The notes under the pieces: model-generated
Told to the model about the DNA's origin: nothing
What the model saw: the letters and a program-made list of their open reading frames with translations, nothing else
Databases searched by the model: none
Origin: Syncephalis fuscata S228
Lineage: Eukaryota > Fungi > Zoopagomycota
Direction of reading: 5' to 3'
NCBI GenBank assembly: GCA_025786725.1
Contig: JAHLTZ010000007.1
Location: 372,001 to 436,000 of the forward strand
Length of the DNA stretch: 64,000 nt
Part shown: in pieces, positions 53,076 to 64,000 of the stretch
Layout: each line of letters starts with the position of its first letter
How positions within the stretch are numbered: the stretch's first letter is position 1
Made by a program: the position numbers and the translations under genes

Positions 53076-56000
53076 CTATTCTTTCTTAGAATCAATAAGT
53101 TTCTTTTTGCTTTTAGCTTCCTCCATAGCACCTCGAATAAGCAGTAAAAATACTTCTTCTAACGTCGTCTGCGAAACACCCCATGACCGAATAAGTTGGT
53201 TATTGCGAGACTCCAAGTGGCGTAAAAGCTCCGGCATGCGAGACATCTCTTGGGGCGAGCATTGATAAATAAGCGCACCAGCCGAATTGTCAGTCAATGT
53301 GGCACCTGGTATACGTCGTTGTATATCCATGTGAACAGTCTCAGAGTCTTCCGGCTCGACCATTAGCGTGATACGATAGCCAGTGCCGTGATGGTTCTTC
53401 AAGTGAATGGATGAACCCAATGCACTGATAATAATAAAAAGATTAATAAACGTTGCAACATATAAACATTACGTACCGTAGTTTACCCAAGGCCATAATA
53501 GCAATTTGATCGCCAAGTACATCGGCCTCTTCCATAGAGTGCGTGGTCTATTGATAACGTTAACACAATCAACCATAATTATATAATACCTACCAAAACA
53601 ATGACTCGCCCTTGCTTGAATGATTCAAGGAAGGCCCAAATATGACGTCGATTAACAGGATCCATACCTAGATAAAGTAGATAGGTATAAAATGCTGTTA
53701 TTATTATATACAATAACTTACCAGTTGTAGGCTCATCCATAAAAATAACCTTAGGATCACCTAGAGTGGATATGATAACGCTAAGACGACGCTTCATACC
53801 ACCGCTGTATGTACGGGTAGGTCTGTGGCGTATGTCCCACAGTCGTACAGCGCCAAGACGTTCTTCAGCCAGTGCACGCATTTCAGTGTCTGGTACACCT
53901 TTGAGTCCGGCATAGAGTGAGATATGCTCCATGGCTGACAAATCGTTAAATAACAAATCATGCTATTTTGTATTGTTTTAGTGACAGTTCCAATGGCCCT
54001 TGTTTATATACTAACCTGTGGACAAACACCAAGAATACGACGGATTTCGGACATTTGGTCTCGTACACTGAAGCCAAAAATGTAGGCATCACCTCGAGTT
54101 GCCGGTGTTAAACCTATCAACTAAATGTTAGATTCATGCTTTAATGTTTGATGTAAATCAATTACCTGAAAGAATATTCATAGTGGTACTTTTACCAGCA
54201 CCATTTTGACCCAATAAAGCAAATCTAGCACAACATAATAAGGAATAAGTACATATGAACTAATAGTACTTACAGTTCACCTTCACGTAAGCCTATAGTT
54301 AGATTGTGTACAGCCATCTTGTCAACTGCTGTTCGTTTAAACCAGCTATTTCGATAAAGTTTATTTAGTCCCAGTACACGTATGGCAACATCCAGTGCTA
54401 ATCCATTTCAAAATGAAATTAGCTGTTTATGACAATAATTATCAAACCACTTACACATGTCTGTTGCTCTCGTTCTCTCTTGTTGCACATCTTCATCTTC
54501 GCCCTATAAACATACCAAATGATTAGTGCTAATTGATAAATAAATACTAAATCGACTTACCGGAATAGATACTTGAGCCTGGTTTAATAAATCAGAACTA
54601 ACAGGTTTCTTAGAACTGGAGTTGAATCCCCAATACGAAGAAGTTAAGAAAAACCATGGTTTTTTATATTGGCCGAATTCACTGGGAATCACCTTATCAA
54701 AGTACCTGATAATTAATCGATTGTTATGAGCAACATACTATTAATCTGTAAGCTACAAACCATGTCAGCAGTAAATAAAATCCAATATTGGCAATAAGCA
54801 GATACCACGAAACAATAGGTCGTGGCACTCGCTCGGATAGTATAGCACTTGATGTGACGTCTGTAGATAGATCCTCGTATAGTCTTGACCAAGGGAATCC
54901 TATACGTTCATGATCGGAATATTCAATTAATTAAATATACAAAAAACAATAACTTACCTAATCCTTTGGTATACTCTCCCGTTACTACACTATATTTGCC
55001 AGCTGTGTAGCGAGAAATATCCAGGTAGAGTTTACCAAAGTTGAAAAAGGGAATAAACATTAGGACTAAACATAACGATTAGTGTTTGTATAATCTAATA
55101 TCTAACTCAAAAACACATACCAATCCAGCCTGCCGAGTCGGTAGTAGGAGCCCACCATATATAACCAACGAATATGTTGGAAAAGACCATTGACTCAAAT
55201 AATAAGCCTATTAAGAATAGAAATATACCGCAGATCAGTGTAGCAATGTTAAGGTTATAATATGCATCATTATTTTGTTTCTTTGTAGAGAAAAAGGATA
55301 TCTGCCACGCGGGTTCGTCGTATAAACGTAGAAATGAAAAAGGCCATGCTTACCATAGCCATACCAAATAAAAAAAATGTAATGAGCATAACCTAACAGG
55401 ATATAAGTATTAGTTTTTAGTGAAGATGCAAGCGTTAAATAATTATTACCGCAAAGTTACTGTATACGAATGGCTCAAAGCGAAATGCAAGTCCCAGTAA
55501 GCAAGTAACAAGAGCACAGACCAATACCGGTACTAAATTAGTTATCCACCAGCTTAACCAGTAGATTTCATCCTATTGTTGTATCATTGCGTTTAATTAT
55601 ACGTTAATAGCATCATTGCGATCCACTTACACTCAGTCCCATCATTGCCATACTTTCACGTAGCTTTTGTTCTTTCTCCGAAACAATCATATTAATCACG
55701 GCAATAAAAATGATCATTTCTGTACAGTATGAAAACATAGCACCAAACCCTGTTACCAGTGAATCTTCTTGAGATGCTATTGCCAGTTTAGGCCATGGCT
55801 TGACATCTACTGTAATATCGGCAGCTTGTCCATTACTAACTGTGCTACTGTTTGCATCCATATCATATATATATAGTTTGTTAGTTGTTTTTACTACACA
55901 TATTAGGCAAGTTACCAATGGCTTCATCAATACCACGTATAAGTCGGTGTATTTGTGGGTTGTAGTTATCTCCAAGCTCGCTGTAAAGGCTATTGTTGTA

Positions 56001-56860
56001 CCATACTTGGTAGCGATAATTGGCTGGCGGTCCGGTTATAATGTTAAACTCAATACCTAAATCATTTCATTAGTTGATATCGTAATTTTTTTGCAACAAC
56101 AAAAACAGGCAATATTTACCGAATGCAGTGGTATTAGGATTGGTCAGTGTGTAATCGTAAATAAACGCGGCATTCTTTACTGGTACCATGCCCATAACAC
56201 GAGATGGAACCTGGTTTAATTCTGATAATGACAACAATAGCAGTAGTAAAGTTAGTGCATCTGTTTGGTGATTAATTCTGATTCATTATTACCAATGGAA
56301 CCTGGTTCCAACGGCATAGAACGGCCTGTTCGCTCTTTATTCTTTACGTCAAACTGACTAAGAATTCGACGTGTCACTTCATTATCTGGCGTGTAAAGCA
56401 GATTGATGCATGGCAAACTTGGAAATCTGCCCTGGCATCCAACAAGACCACCTAGCGATGATGCATCTGGATGGAGATTTCCTTGGCTTTTTAAATAGTG
56501 GTCTCCTTTTTGAAGAATAAATAGCAATAGCTGCAACATTAACGGTGCCACTAGTACTTGTAACAAAGTGGATTTACGATAGCGTAACTAATATCAATTA
56601 TTACAATAAGTATATTATACAACAATTAACTAAGCAATGATATTTGCTATTTACCATTAAAGTAAAATTGCGCCTTAACATAATAACTAGCTGTCTTGGT
56701 AGACTGGCCCCTTCATAGGGGGTGCCACCTATTTTTTTGGCAACAGCCTCGGAAGCAATATCTGATGAATTAGCATTGTGTCTTTGTCTTAACGTAGATA
56801 ATTCCTAGTGTATGGGGTTAGATATAGTATACGTGGTTTAGTTATTTGTTAAAATACCAT
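53076..56860 (-). CDS. Half-size ABCA-subfamily transporter, many exons
   Basis: IVSEKEQKLRESMAMMGL, LLGQNGAGKSTT, GVCPQH, YSGGMKRRLS, FMDEPTTGMDP, THSMEEAD, SQTTLEEVFL. One TMD and one NBD; first coding exon is ATG only. Confidence 0.92.
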
Positions 56861-58814
56861 GTTGTAATAAATTCGAATGACGGCAATAAAGAAATGACTG
56901 AAAATATCGTTTACAAGAAATCGACTTATTCCGGCTATTTAAAAAATAGCGCCAAGATTTGGCTAGACTTGTTTTACAAAAATGTAGTAACATATTAAAA
57001 ATACCAGCCAATAGACGTGATGCTAACGTACCCCTGTTTCACTTGTAAATTTTACCTACTGAGGGCATCTATATTTTTGTTTTATAAAACTTTATTGAAG
57101 CTGTTTTATTATTGCCGAGTATTAATAGTCACTACCGCACCTCATCAATAGCTAATGAATACCTGACTTTTGTCTAAAAAGGCGATATTTTCTTGGCAAA
57201 TTATTGAAAATTTTAATCATAATGATGTGTCCGTTTGATTTTTTTAAATTTTTTTAATACCAGACACAATTAAATTAATTAATTAAATAAAACTCATTTG
57301 ATTAAAACTAAATACAATAGATAAATATCTACTTACTTTTATTTTTATCGTAGTTATATGGGCTAAACAAGCACTTATTGCTACCGTTTATCATACCAAA
57401 TAAAGGTTATTGTCCTAGTATAGATATTGGTCAGGAAAATGCTGTTCGGAAATGTATATCGCTTATTATGGAAGAATCGTAGCATAATTTATAGTTATTC
57501 AGATATAATGGTCAAGTATAGACATATTAGATGTGTAATTTAATTGTTATTACTACAATATGTCGTTTAGTAACTATAACTTTATCACTATTATTGCTTT
57601 ATTTAACTGCAGTAAAATAGCAATATAGTAGAATTGTTTATATAATACGGCAATTTTTGAGTATATGTATTCCATTAATTTCCATATTATTGCTAATTTT
57701 CAACGCGTTAGTATCTTCTACATTAAGTAATTGTATTAGTGATCGTTTAGTTTAATTCGCACTTTTCAGCTTTGGAGTATTAAGTGAAATCATAAGCAAT
57801 GTTCTATTATTGAAGTAATGTGCAGTTTCAATTTTTTGTCAAACAAACATTTAGGGACTTTATACTAATTGGCTTAGCTGGTGTCTGTGTAGGCGTGGGT
57901 GCACTTAGAAATCTACAGCAGACTTTTACACGCTTGTTGGTACAAATTATTAAAATTATAAGTTATAGTGCCAATAAAATATTTAGTAGTCAGCATTCAT
58001 CAATTTAATTTTATAAATTAGTTACATTATTATATAAATGCTTTCACAGCTTTATTAAACACTATTTACAATTCTTTGTTTTCTTTGCGTTGGCTTAGTT
58101 TAATGTTGTGTTGTTCCGGTCGCATCAGCAACAGCCAACTTTTGATAAACGCAGTTCAGCATAGCATAACTACAATGATTTGCTATAGGTTAAGCCAGTA
58201 AGCCTTTGAGCTGCTAATTGTTTTTTCATTGATTTCTGCTTTAATTTTTTCTTCTATATTTCATCTTGCTTGACTTGTTATGATTGGTTTCAGAAATGTG
58301 GATATAACTTAGGCCTTGAATGATTATCAATTGATATGCAATCCATTGACATTATGCACTCGAAATTGCTAGTATTTGACTAGTATTTTCTATTGTGTCT
58401 AGTCCAGTGTCTGCATATTTTATTGCGTGTAATTTAACCAATGCAATTTAGCCTACAGCAGAAGACTAATGACGAAAATGACTTGTTGGAATGTTCCATT
58501 GTTGAAAACGTCACGATGAATTATACTACGAACAGTACTTATTGTATAGTCGATTTCAGGTAATTTGGATCAGCCGTCATTTGAGTGATGGCAGTTGCAC
58601 AGCATGTAGCATGATATGCCTGGATGTGATACATTGTGAATTCAAAGCAATGATTGCCCCCATAAAAATGAGCATAATGTCGAATGAAATGCATACATGT
58701 ACCAATCAATACATTTTATAATTTAAGCAATTATAAGTGGCTTATGTATGGCAGTAAAAACCTGTATAAAATACCAGTTTGATACATTAAACTTGTTTTT
58801 GCGTCAATGTTGTA

Positions 58815-59223
58815 CGCTATTTGTATGTATGCAGATATTGGGACCCGAGTCATTTAGTGGAAACAACAGCAAAGACATCATTATCGTTTTTATAAAACCA
58901 AATAATGTACTTGTTCTCACCAATAGTTAGATCGTGTAATAGAAAATACAGGCTAACATGCTATTTTTATAACATATGTACTGGATTATTATCATTGTCA
59001 CAGTACTCGTGCGAATAACTGCCAGATTGAAGTAAAGACCGGACAGGTTATGCGCTATTTTGTATGTATGTAGATATTGGGACCCGAGTCATTTAGTGGA
59101 AGTGACAGTAAAGACATCATTATCGTTCTGCAAAACCAAATAATATACTTGTTCTCACCAAATAGTTGGCCCGTGTAACAAAAAATACAGGATAATGTAC
59201 ATGTCTCTATCGCATATGTACTG
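58815..59223. repeat. Diverged direct repeat (~170 bp, period ~238 bp)
   Basis: agatattgggacccgagtcatttagtggaa...aaagacatcattatcgtt...aaaaccaaataat.tacttgttctcacca in copies starting ~58815 and ~59053. Confidence 0.9.
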
Positions 59224-59417
59224 CTCATTGGAATTGCCGCGTTATTTGTGTAAATGCCGAGAAGACAATCAAAGGCTGAGAGCATGCTGTTATACTATGA
59301 ATCTATTGGTACACTCGCACCTCAAACCATTATTTGGATTGTTTTATTGGTCCATACTACACATTAATGGTATATCTCGTATACTGCAGTATACTAGCAT
59401 TTCAGCATAATCATAAG

Positions 59418-59424
59418 TATAAAT
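59418..59424 (+). promoter_or_regulatory. Candidate TATA box of the micro-exon gene
   Basis: tataaat ~140 bp upstream of ATG 59562, followed by a CA/CT-rich leader. Confidence 0.4.
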
Positions 59425-59561
59425 AGTCCACAAAATATACACAACCAACTGCGATATCATCACCACACTCTACTCTCTGCTATACACACACTACTCTCCA
59501 TTCTATACCAACCACACTCTACTATTTCTTTTATTTGTTTGTTTTAACAAATCAGTATTAC

Positions 59562-62500
59562 ATGAAGCTTTCCATGCCGTCGTTTTCACCATTGTCGTTG
59601 TGACTATTGTGGCCAGTACAACTATGGTGGATGCTAAACCAGCCTTAGTTCGTCGTGGTATGTTGCAGTGGCAATAAATATGTCATATAATTTTGTCTAC
59701 TAACAATATTTCTAAATAATAATTATATTAGATGGTAAGTCGTATTGTATATTAACTGATTATGCGCTAATTATATACCACACACTGTGTATATTAACAA
59801 CTTAATATTAATAGCATGTAAGTTATATTGTATATTAATTGAACATTGGCTAATCGTATATTATGTCTCATGTGCATCAATGACTTAATACTAATAGGTC
59901 GTAAGTAGCATTGTATGTGCTTACTTATAAATTAATTATATACAATGCGTGATGTATATCAATAACTTAATGCCATAGATGGTAAGGTGTATTGTGTATT
60001 AAATGACTATGTGCTAATCTTATACTATGCACCGTGTATATTAATAACTTAATACCAATAGATTGTAAGTTATATTATATATTAGCTGAGTATTGGCTAA
60101 CTATAGTATGTATTGTGTGTATCAATAACTTAATAACAATAGGCGGCAAGTAGTATTGTGTATTGATTGACTATGCATTAATTATATGTAATGCGCTGTG
60201 TATTAACGACTTAATATAATAGAACGTAAGTCGTATTGTATATTATTTTTATTTTGAAAAGCTTGTGAACCCCCGCTGCACATAATTAAAGAATTTGCGC
60301 TGCTTCCCACTATATTTGGACTTTTCCAAATTAACGGGTGGACTGCCGCGTTTTTGCGCAAACCTAGTCCATATAGATTTTACACGGGGGCCATCTTCTT
60401 TTGAATGATGCTACACAGCACTATTCCCCTGAAGTTGGTTCCAATTGTTTTTCCTTGGCTATTCTGGCCAAGGTTTTGTTTCCGGACCTACTTATTGGAT
60501 TCTGGTTTGCAATTTGTTTACTAGAGAAAACTGGGGGGGGGGAATTTTCCACTTAAGGATTGGTTCAAACCTCAGTTTGAACCCAAAGCCTTCAGCTTGG
60601 AAGACGCGTAATATTATATATTAATTGATTATGCACTAATTGTATATTATGTACTGTGCGCATCAATAACTTGGTGGAATAGTTAGTAAGTAACACGGTA
60701 TATTAACTGAATATGCGCTAACTATATACCATGCACCATGTATATCAATGACTTAATATTAATAGAGTGTAGGTTATATTGTACATTAATTGAGCGTTGT
60801 CTAATTACATGTTCTGCATCATGTGTATCAATAACTTAATATTAATAGGCCGTAAGTTGTATTGTATATTAATTGGTTATGCATTAATTATGTGTCATGC
60901 ACTGTGTGGCAACGACTTAATATATTAGTGAGTAAGTAGTGTTGTGTATTAGCTGACTATACATTAACTATGCTATTTACTAATTGTAATTATTACTTAA
61001 TATTAATAGAAGGTAAGTGGTATTGTATATTAATTGAATATACATTGACTGCTATTTACTGATGGTACTAATTATTTAATATTAATAGATAGTAAGTAGT
61101 ATTGTATACTATTTGAATATATATTTACTATGCTACTTACTAATTGTACTAATTATTTACTATAATAGATGGTAAGTGATATTGGATATTATTTGACTAT
61201 ACATCGATTGCTATTTACTAATTATGCTAATTATTTATTATTAATAGGTCGTAAGTAACACTATATATTAATTGACTATACATTAACTATGCTATTTACT
61301 AACTGTACCAATTATTTAATATTAATAGAATGTAAGCTATATTGTATATTAACTGATCATATGTTAATTATGCTATTTACTGCTTATACTAATTATTTAA
61401 TATTAATAGTGGTAAGTGATATTGTATATCAATTAACTATACATTGACTATAATATTTACTAATTGTGCCAATTATTTAATATTAATAGCTGGTAAGTGA
61501 TATTGTATATTATTTGATTATACATTAACCATGCTATTTACTGATGGTATTAATTATTTAATATTAATAGACCGTAGGTGATATTATATATTGTTTGACT
61601 ATACATTAACTATGCTATTTACTGATTGTGCCAACTATTTAATATTAATAGCCGGTAAGTGGTATTTTATATTATTTGATTATACATTAACCATGCTATT
61701 TACTGATTGTACCGATTATTTAATATTAACAGGCCGTAAGTGGTATTTTATATTAATTGACTATATACTAATTATGCTATTTACTGATTATACCTATTAC
61801 TTAATACTAATAGTGCGTAAGTAACATTGTATATTAACTGACTATACATTAATCATGCTATTTACTGATTGTACCGATTATTTAATATTAATAGTTTGTA
61901 AGTTGTGTTATATATTAATAATTATACATTAATTATGCTTTTTACTGATTGTACCAATTTTTTAATATTAATAGGGTGTAAGTGGTATTGTATATTAATT
62001 GACTATACATTAACTATGTATTTACTGATTGTACCTATTATTTAATATTGATAGGTCGTAAGTGTTATTATATATTAACTGACTATATACTAATTATGCT
62101 ATTTACTGATGGTATTGCTTATTTAATATTAATAGACCGTAAGTGGTATTGTATATTAACTTACTATATACTAACTATGCTATTTACTGATTGTGCCAAC
62201 TATGTAATATTAATAGACCGTAAGTGATATTGTATATTAACTGCCTATACATTAATTATACTATTTAATGATGATGTTAATTATTTAATATTAATAGAAT
62301 GTATGTTAAATTTTGGATTAATTGAATATGCACTAATCACATGCTATTTATTGTATGCATCAACAAATTAATATTAATAGGCTGTAAGTAGTATTATGTA
62401 TTAACTAACTATGCACTAATTTTATACCATGTACTGTGTTCATCAACAACTTAATATAATAGACCGTAGGTTGTATTATGTGTTAATTAAATACTTACTA

Positions 62501-62872
62501 ATTATATATTATGTATTGTATTCATTAACAACCTAATATCATAGTTCGTATGTTGTATTGCTTATTAAATGGCTACTCACTAATTATGTATCATATATTG
62601 TATCCATCAACAACTTAATACTAATAGAATGTAAGTCATATCGTATATTAATTGGTCATTGGCTAATTATATACCATGTATTGTAATATCAATAACTTAA
62701 TATTAGCCAAATGTAATTTGTGTTGTATATCAATTAAGCATTAGCTAATTATATATCACGTATTGCGTGTATTAATGACTTAATATTAATAGGCTGTAAG
62801 TAGTATTGTATGTTAACTGACTATACATTAATTATATAACATATAATATATTTATTTGTAAATACAGGATAA
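59562..62872 (+). CDS. Small secreted Cys-rich prepro-peptide encoded by ~34 micro-exons (mostly 3 nt)
   Basis: Exon 1 59562-59657 (MKLFHAVVFTIVVVTIVASTTMVDAKPALVRR+G after restoring one T in the run at 59569-71), then repeated yAG|NNN|GTAAGT units and a last exon at 62868. The phase-1 splice gives DACHDCELKCLKDNGQxADPGLLWCHHQCYLQSKC, TGA TAA. Confidence 0.8.
59732..62867 (+). repeat. ~80-83 bp tandem array; each unit = 3-nt exon + intron
   Basis: Consensus NNN gtaagt..tattgtatattaa.tga.tat.c..taa......ttaatattaatag, ~34 units, interrupted at ~60245-60607. Confidence 0.95.
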
Positions 62873-64000
62873 TCGATGGCTTCAAGACATCAGCATTGGT
62901 AGTGCAATTGAACCACTATTCCAATACACTTTAGGTATATATTCGGTGAAAAGCAAGATCATTTGACAACTAAGCCGTCCAGTCTATTTATATATCAAGT
63001 TTTGGCCAATGCTCCGGTTTATCCAGTCTTTAACCAATGGAATCATTATTTTATCAACAAACTTGCATCTAGTTGTTTCTATTCAACTATGCAAGCTTAT
63101 AGTAATAAACCTATGGTTCCATCTTAACTATGTACAATCAAATTGCTATATCTATAATCATTTTCTATTTGCATTTACTATTAAAAAGTTTAATTGGCAC
63201 ATGTCATACCACCGGCTCATTTTTCATTTATAAATAATACAGATTGTATATAACAAAGTTGGAAACGGCGTTTTGATACTATTTACTATGGCTTTGTATA
63301 CTGATATGAAACAATCACTACAGCAGTAAGTATAATAATATTTATTAAACAATGTACGTTCTAATTTCTATGCTGTTCAATATAGTGATATTCAGTTGGA
63401 ACAATTAACAAATTATACATTAAATAGGCTGAGCGTATGCAATAGTCAATAATAATGTCAGAGATAAACAGAAAGCGTCATGAGATAGAATAGAATGAAT
63501 GAATGAATAATAAAATAGCATGGTTGAGAGTGAACGGTGAATGTCATTGTGATAGATGGATAGCGTGAAGATAATTGGCACTCATCATTATGCCATAGTT
63601 TTTTCATGTTTTAATATGCTCACATTGGAGATTTTATTCAATATAAATTACGTGTTTATTTAATATATATTTGGTTCTATCTTTCTATTGATACTGAATA
63701 TGTAAATGTAGACTAAAAGTATAAGATATTATTACGCTTAAGACAAATCATAATAATGAAATTGTTTCATACGATTGATAATTATTAATTCATCTTATAA
63801 AAATATATCCCACTTGCCCCACCATACTATCTGATTTAAAAGCGGCAATGCTTAAGGAAACGCTGCAATGTAAGATTTTAATATAACAAAGTTAGCCGAT
63901 TTGTGCTACATGCGCACATTGATGTCATGAACCAAGCTTGGCTGTATTCAACGTGATCATGCTACACTTTGTTTGACACTATACCTCCTGTACTATTGCC

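Noticed and set aside
57760-58650. Coding-like composition on the minus strand
   Set aside because: Stops in the frames examined; no recognisable family
60929-60931. TGA micro-exon as a premature stop or selenocysteine codon
   Set aside because: In phase 1 it is split between CTG and AAA codons
61591-61824. 77-aa repetitive ORF in the track
   Set aside because: Chance read-through of the 81-bp intron repeats
59732-62867. CRISPR array or plain minisatellite
   Set aside because: Eukaryotic context, degenerate ~78-bp repeats, 3-nt 'spacers' and no cas genes. The invariant positions are splice signals and the variable triplets form an ORF.
63180-63485. Possible decayed minus-strand secreted-protein gene (TLLLTIAYAQPI-like)
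   Set aside because: Needs several indels and gives no recognisable downstream ORF

Overview
AT-rich, intron-dense eukaryotic DNA. Gene content and short GT-AG introns point to an early-diverging fungus (Zoopagomycota/Mucoromycota-like; inference). Conserved genes recognised: QCR10, a saccharopine dehydrogenase-like oxidoreductase, an epoxide hydrolase, a xanthine oxidoreductase-family enzyme with aldehyde-oxidase-like active-site residues, the adjacent GlcNAc catabolism pair NAG1+DAC1, an FHA-type kinase, RPL1 (uL1), RPC11, ARPC2, an anoctamin, a SIM-RING ligase, two NRAMPs, Ras and a half-size ABCA transporter. The window also holds four remnants of Fanzor (eukaryotic TnpB) elements with related ends, and a ~1.8 kb inverted duplication joining two F-box-like paralogs. 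The standout is 59562-62872, missed by the ORF track. What looks like an ~81-bp tandem repeat is a chain of mutually homologous spliceosomal introns separated by 3-nt exons. Spliced, it gives a signal peptide + RR + a 35-residue Cys-rich peptide (DACHDCELKCLKDNGQxADPGLLWCHHQCYLQSKC) ending in TGA TAA, i.e. about one intron per codon. Many conserved genes carry single-base frameshifts, so the assembly probably has indel errors. The micro-exon model needs two such 1-nt corrections and lacks transcript confirmation.
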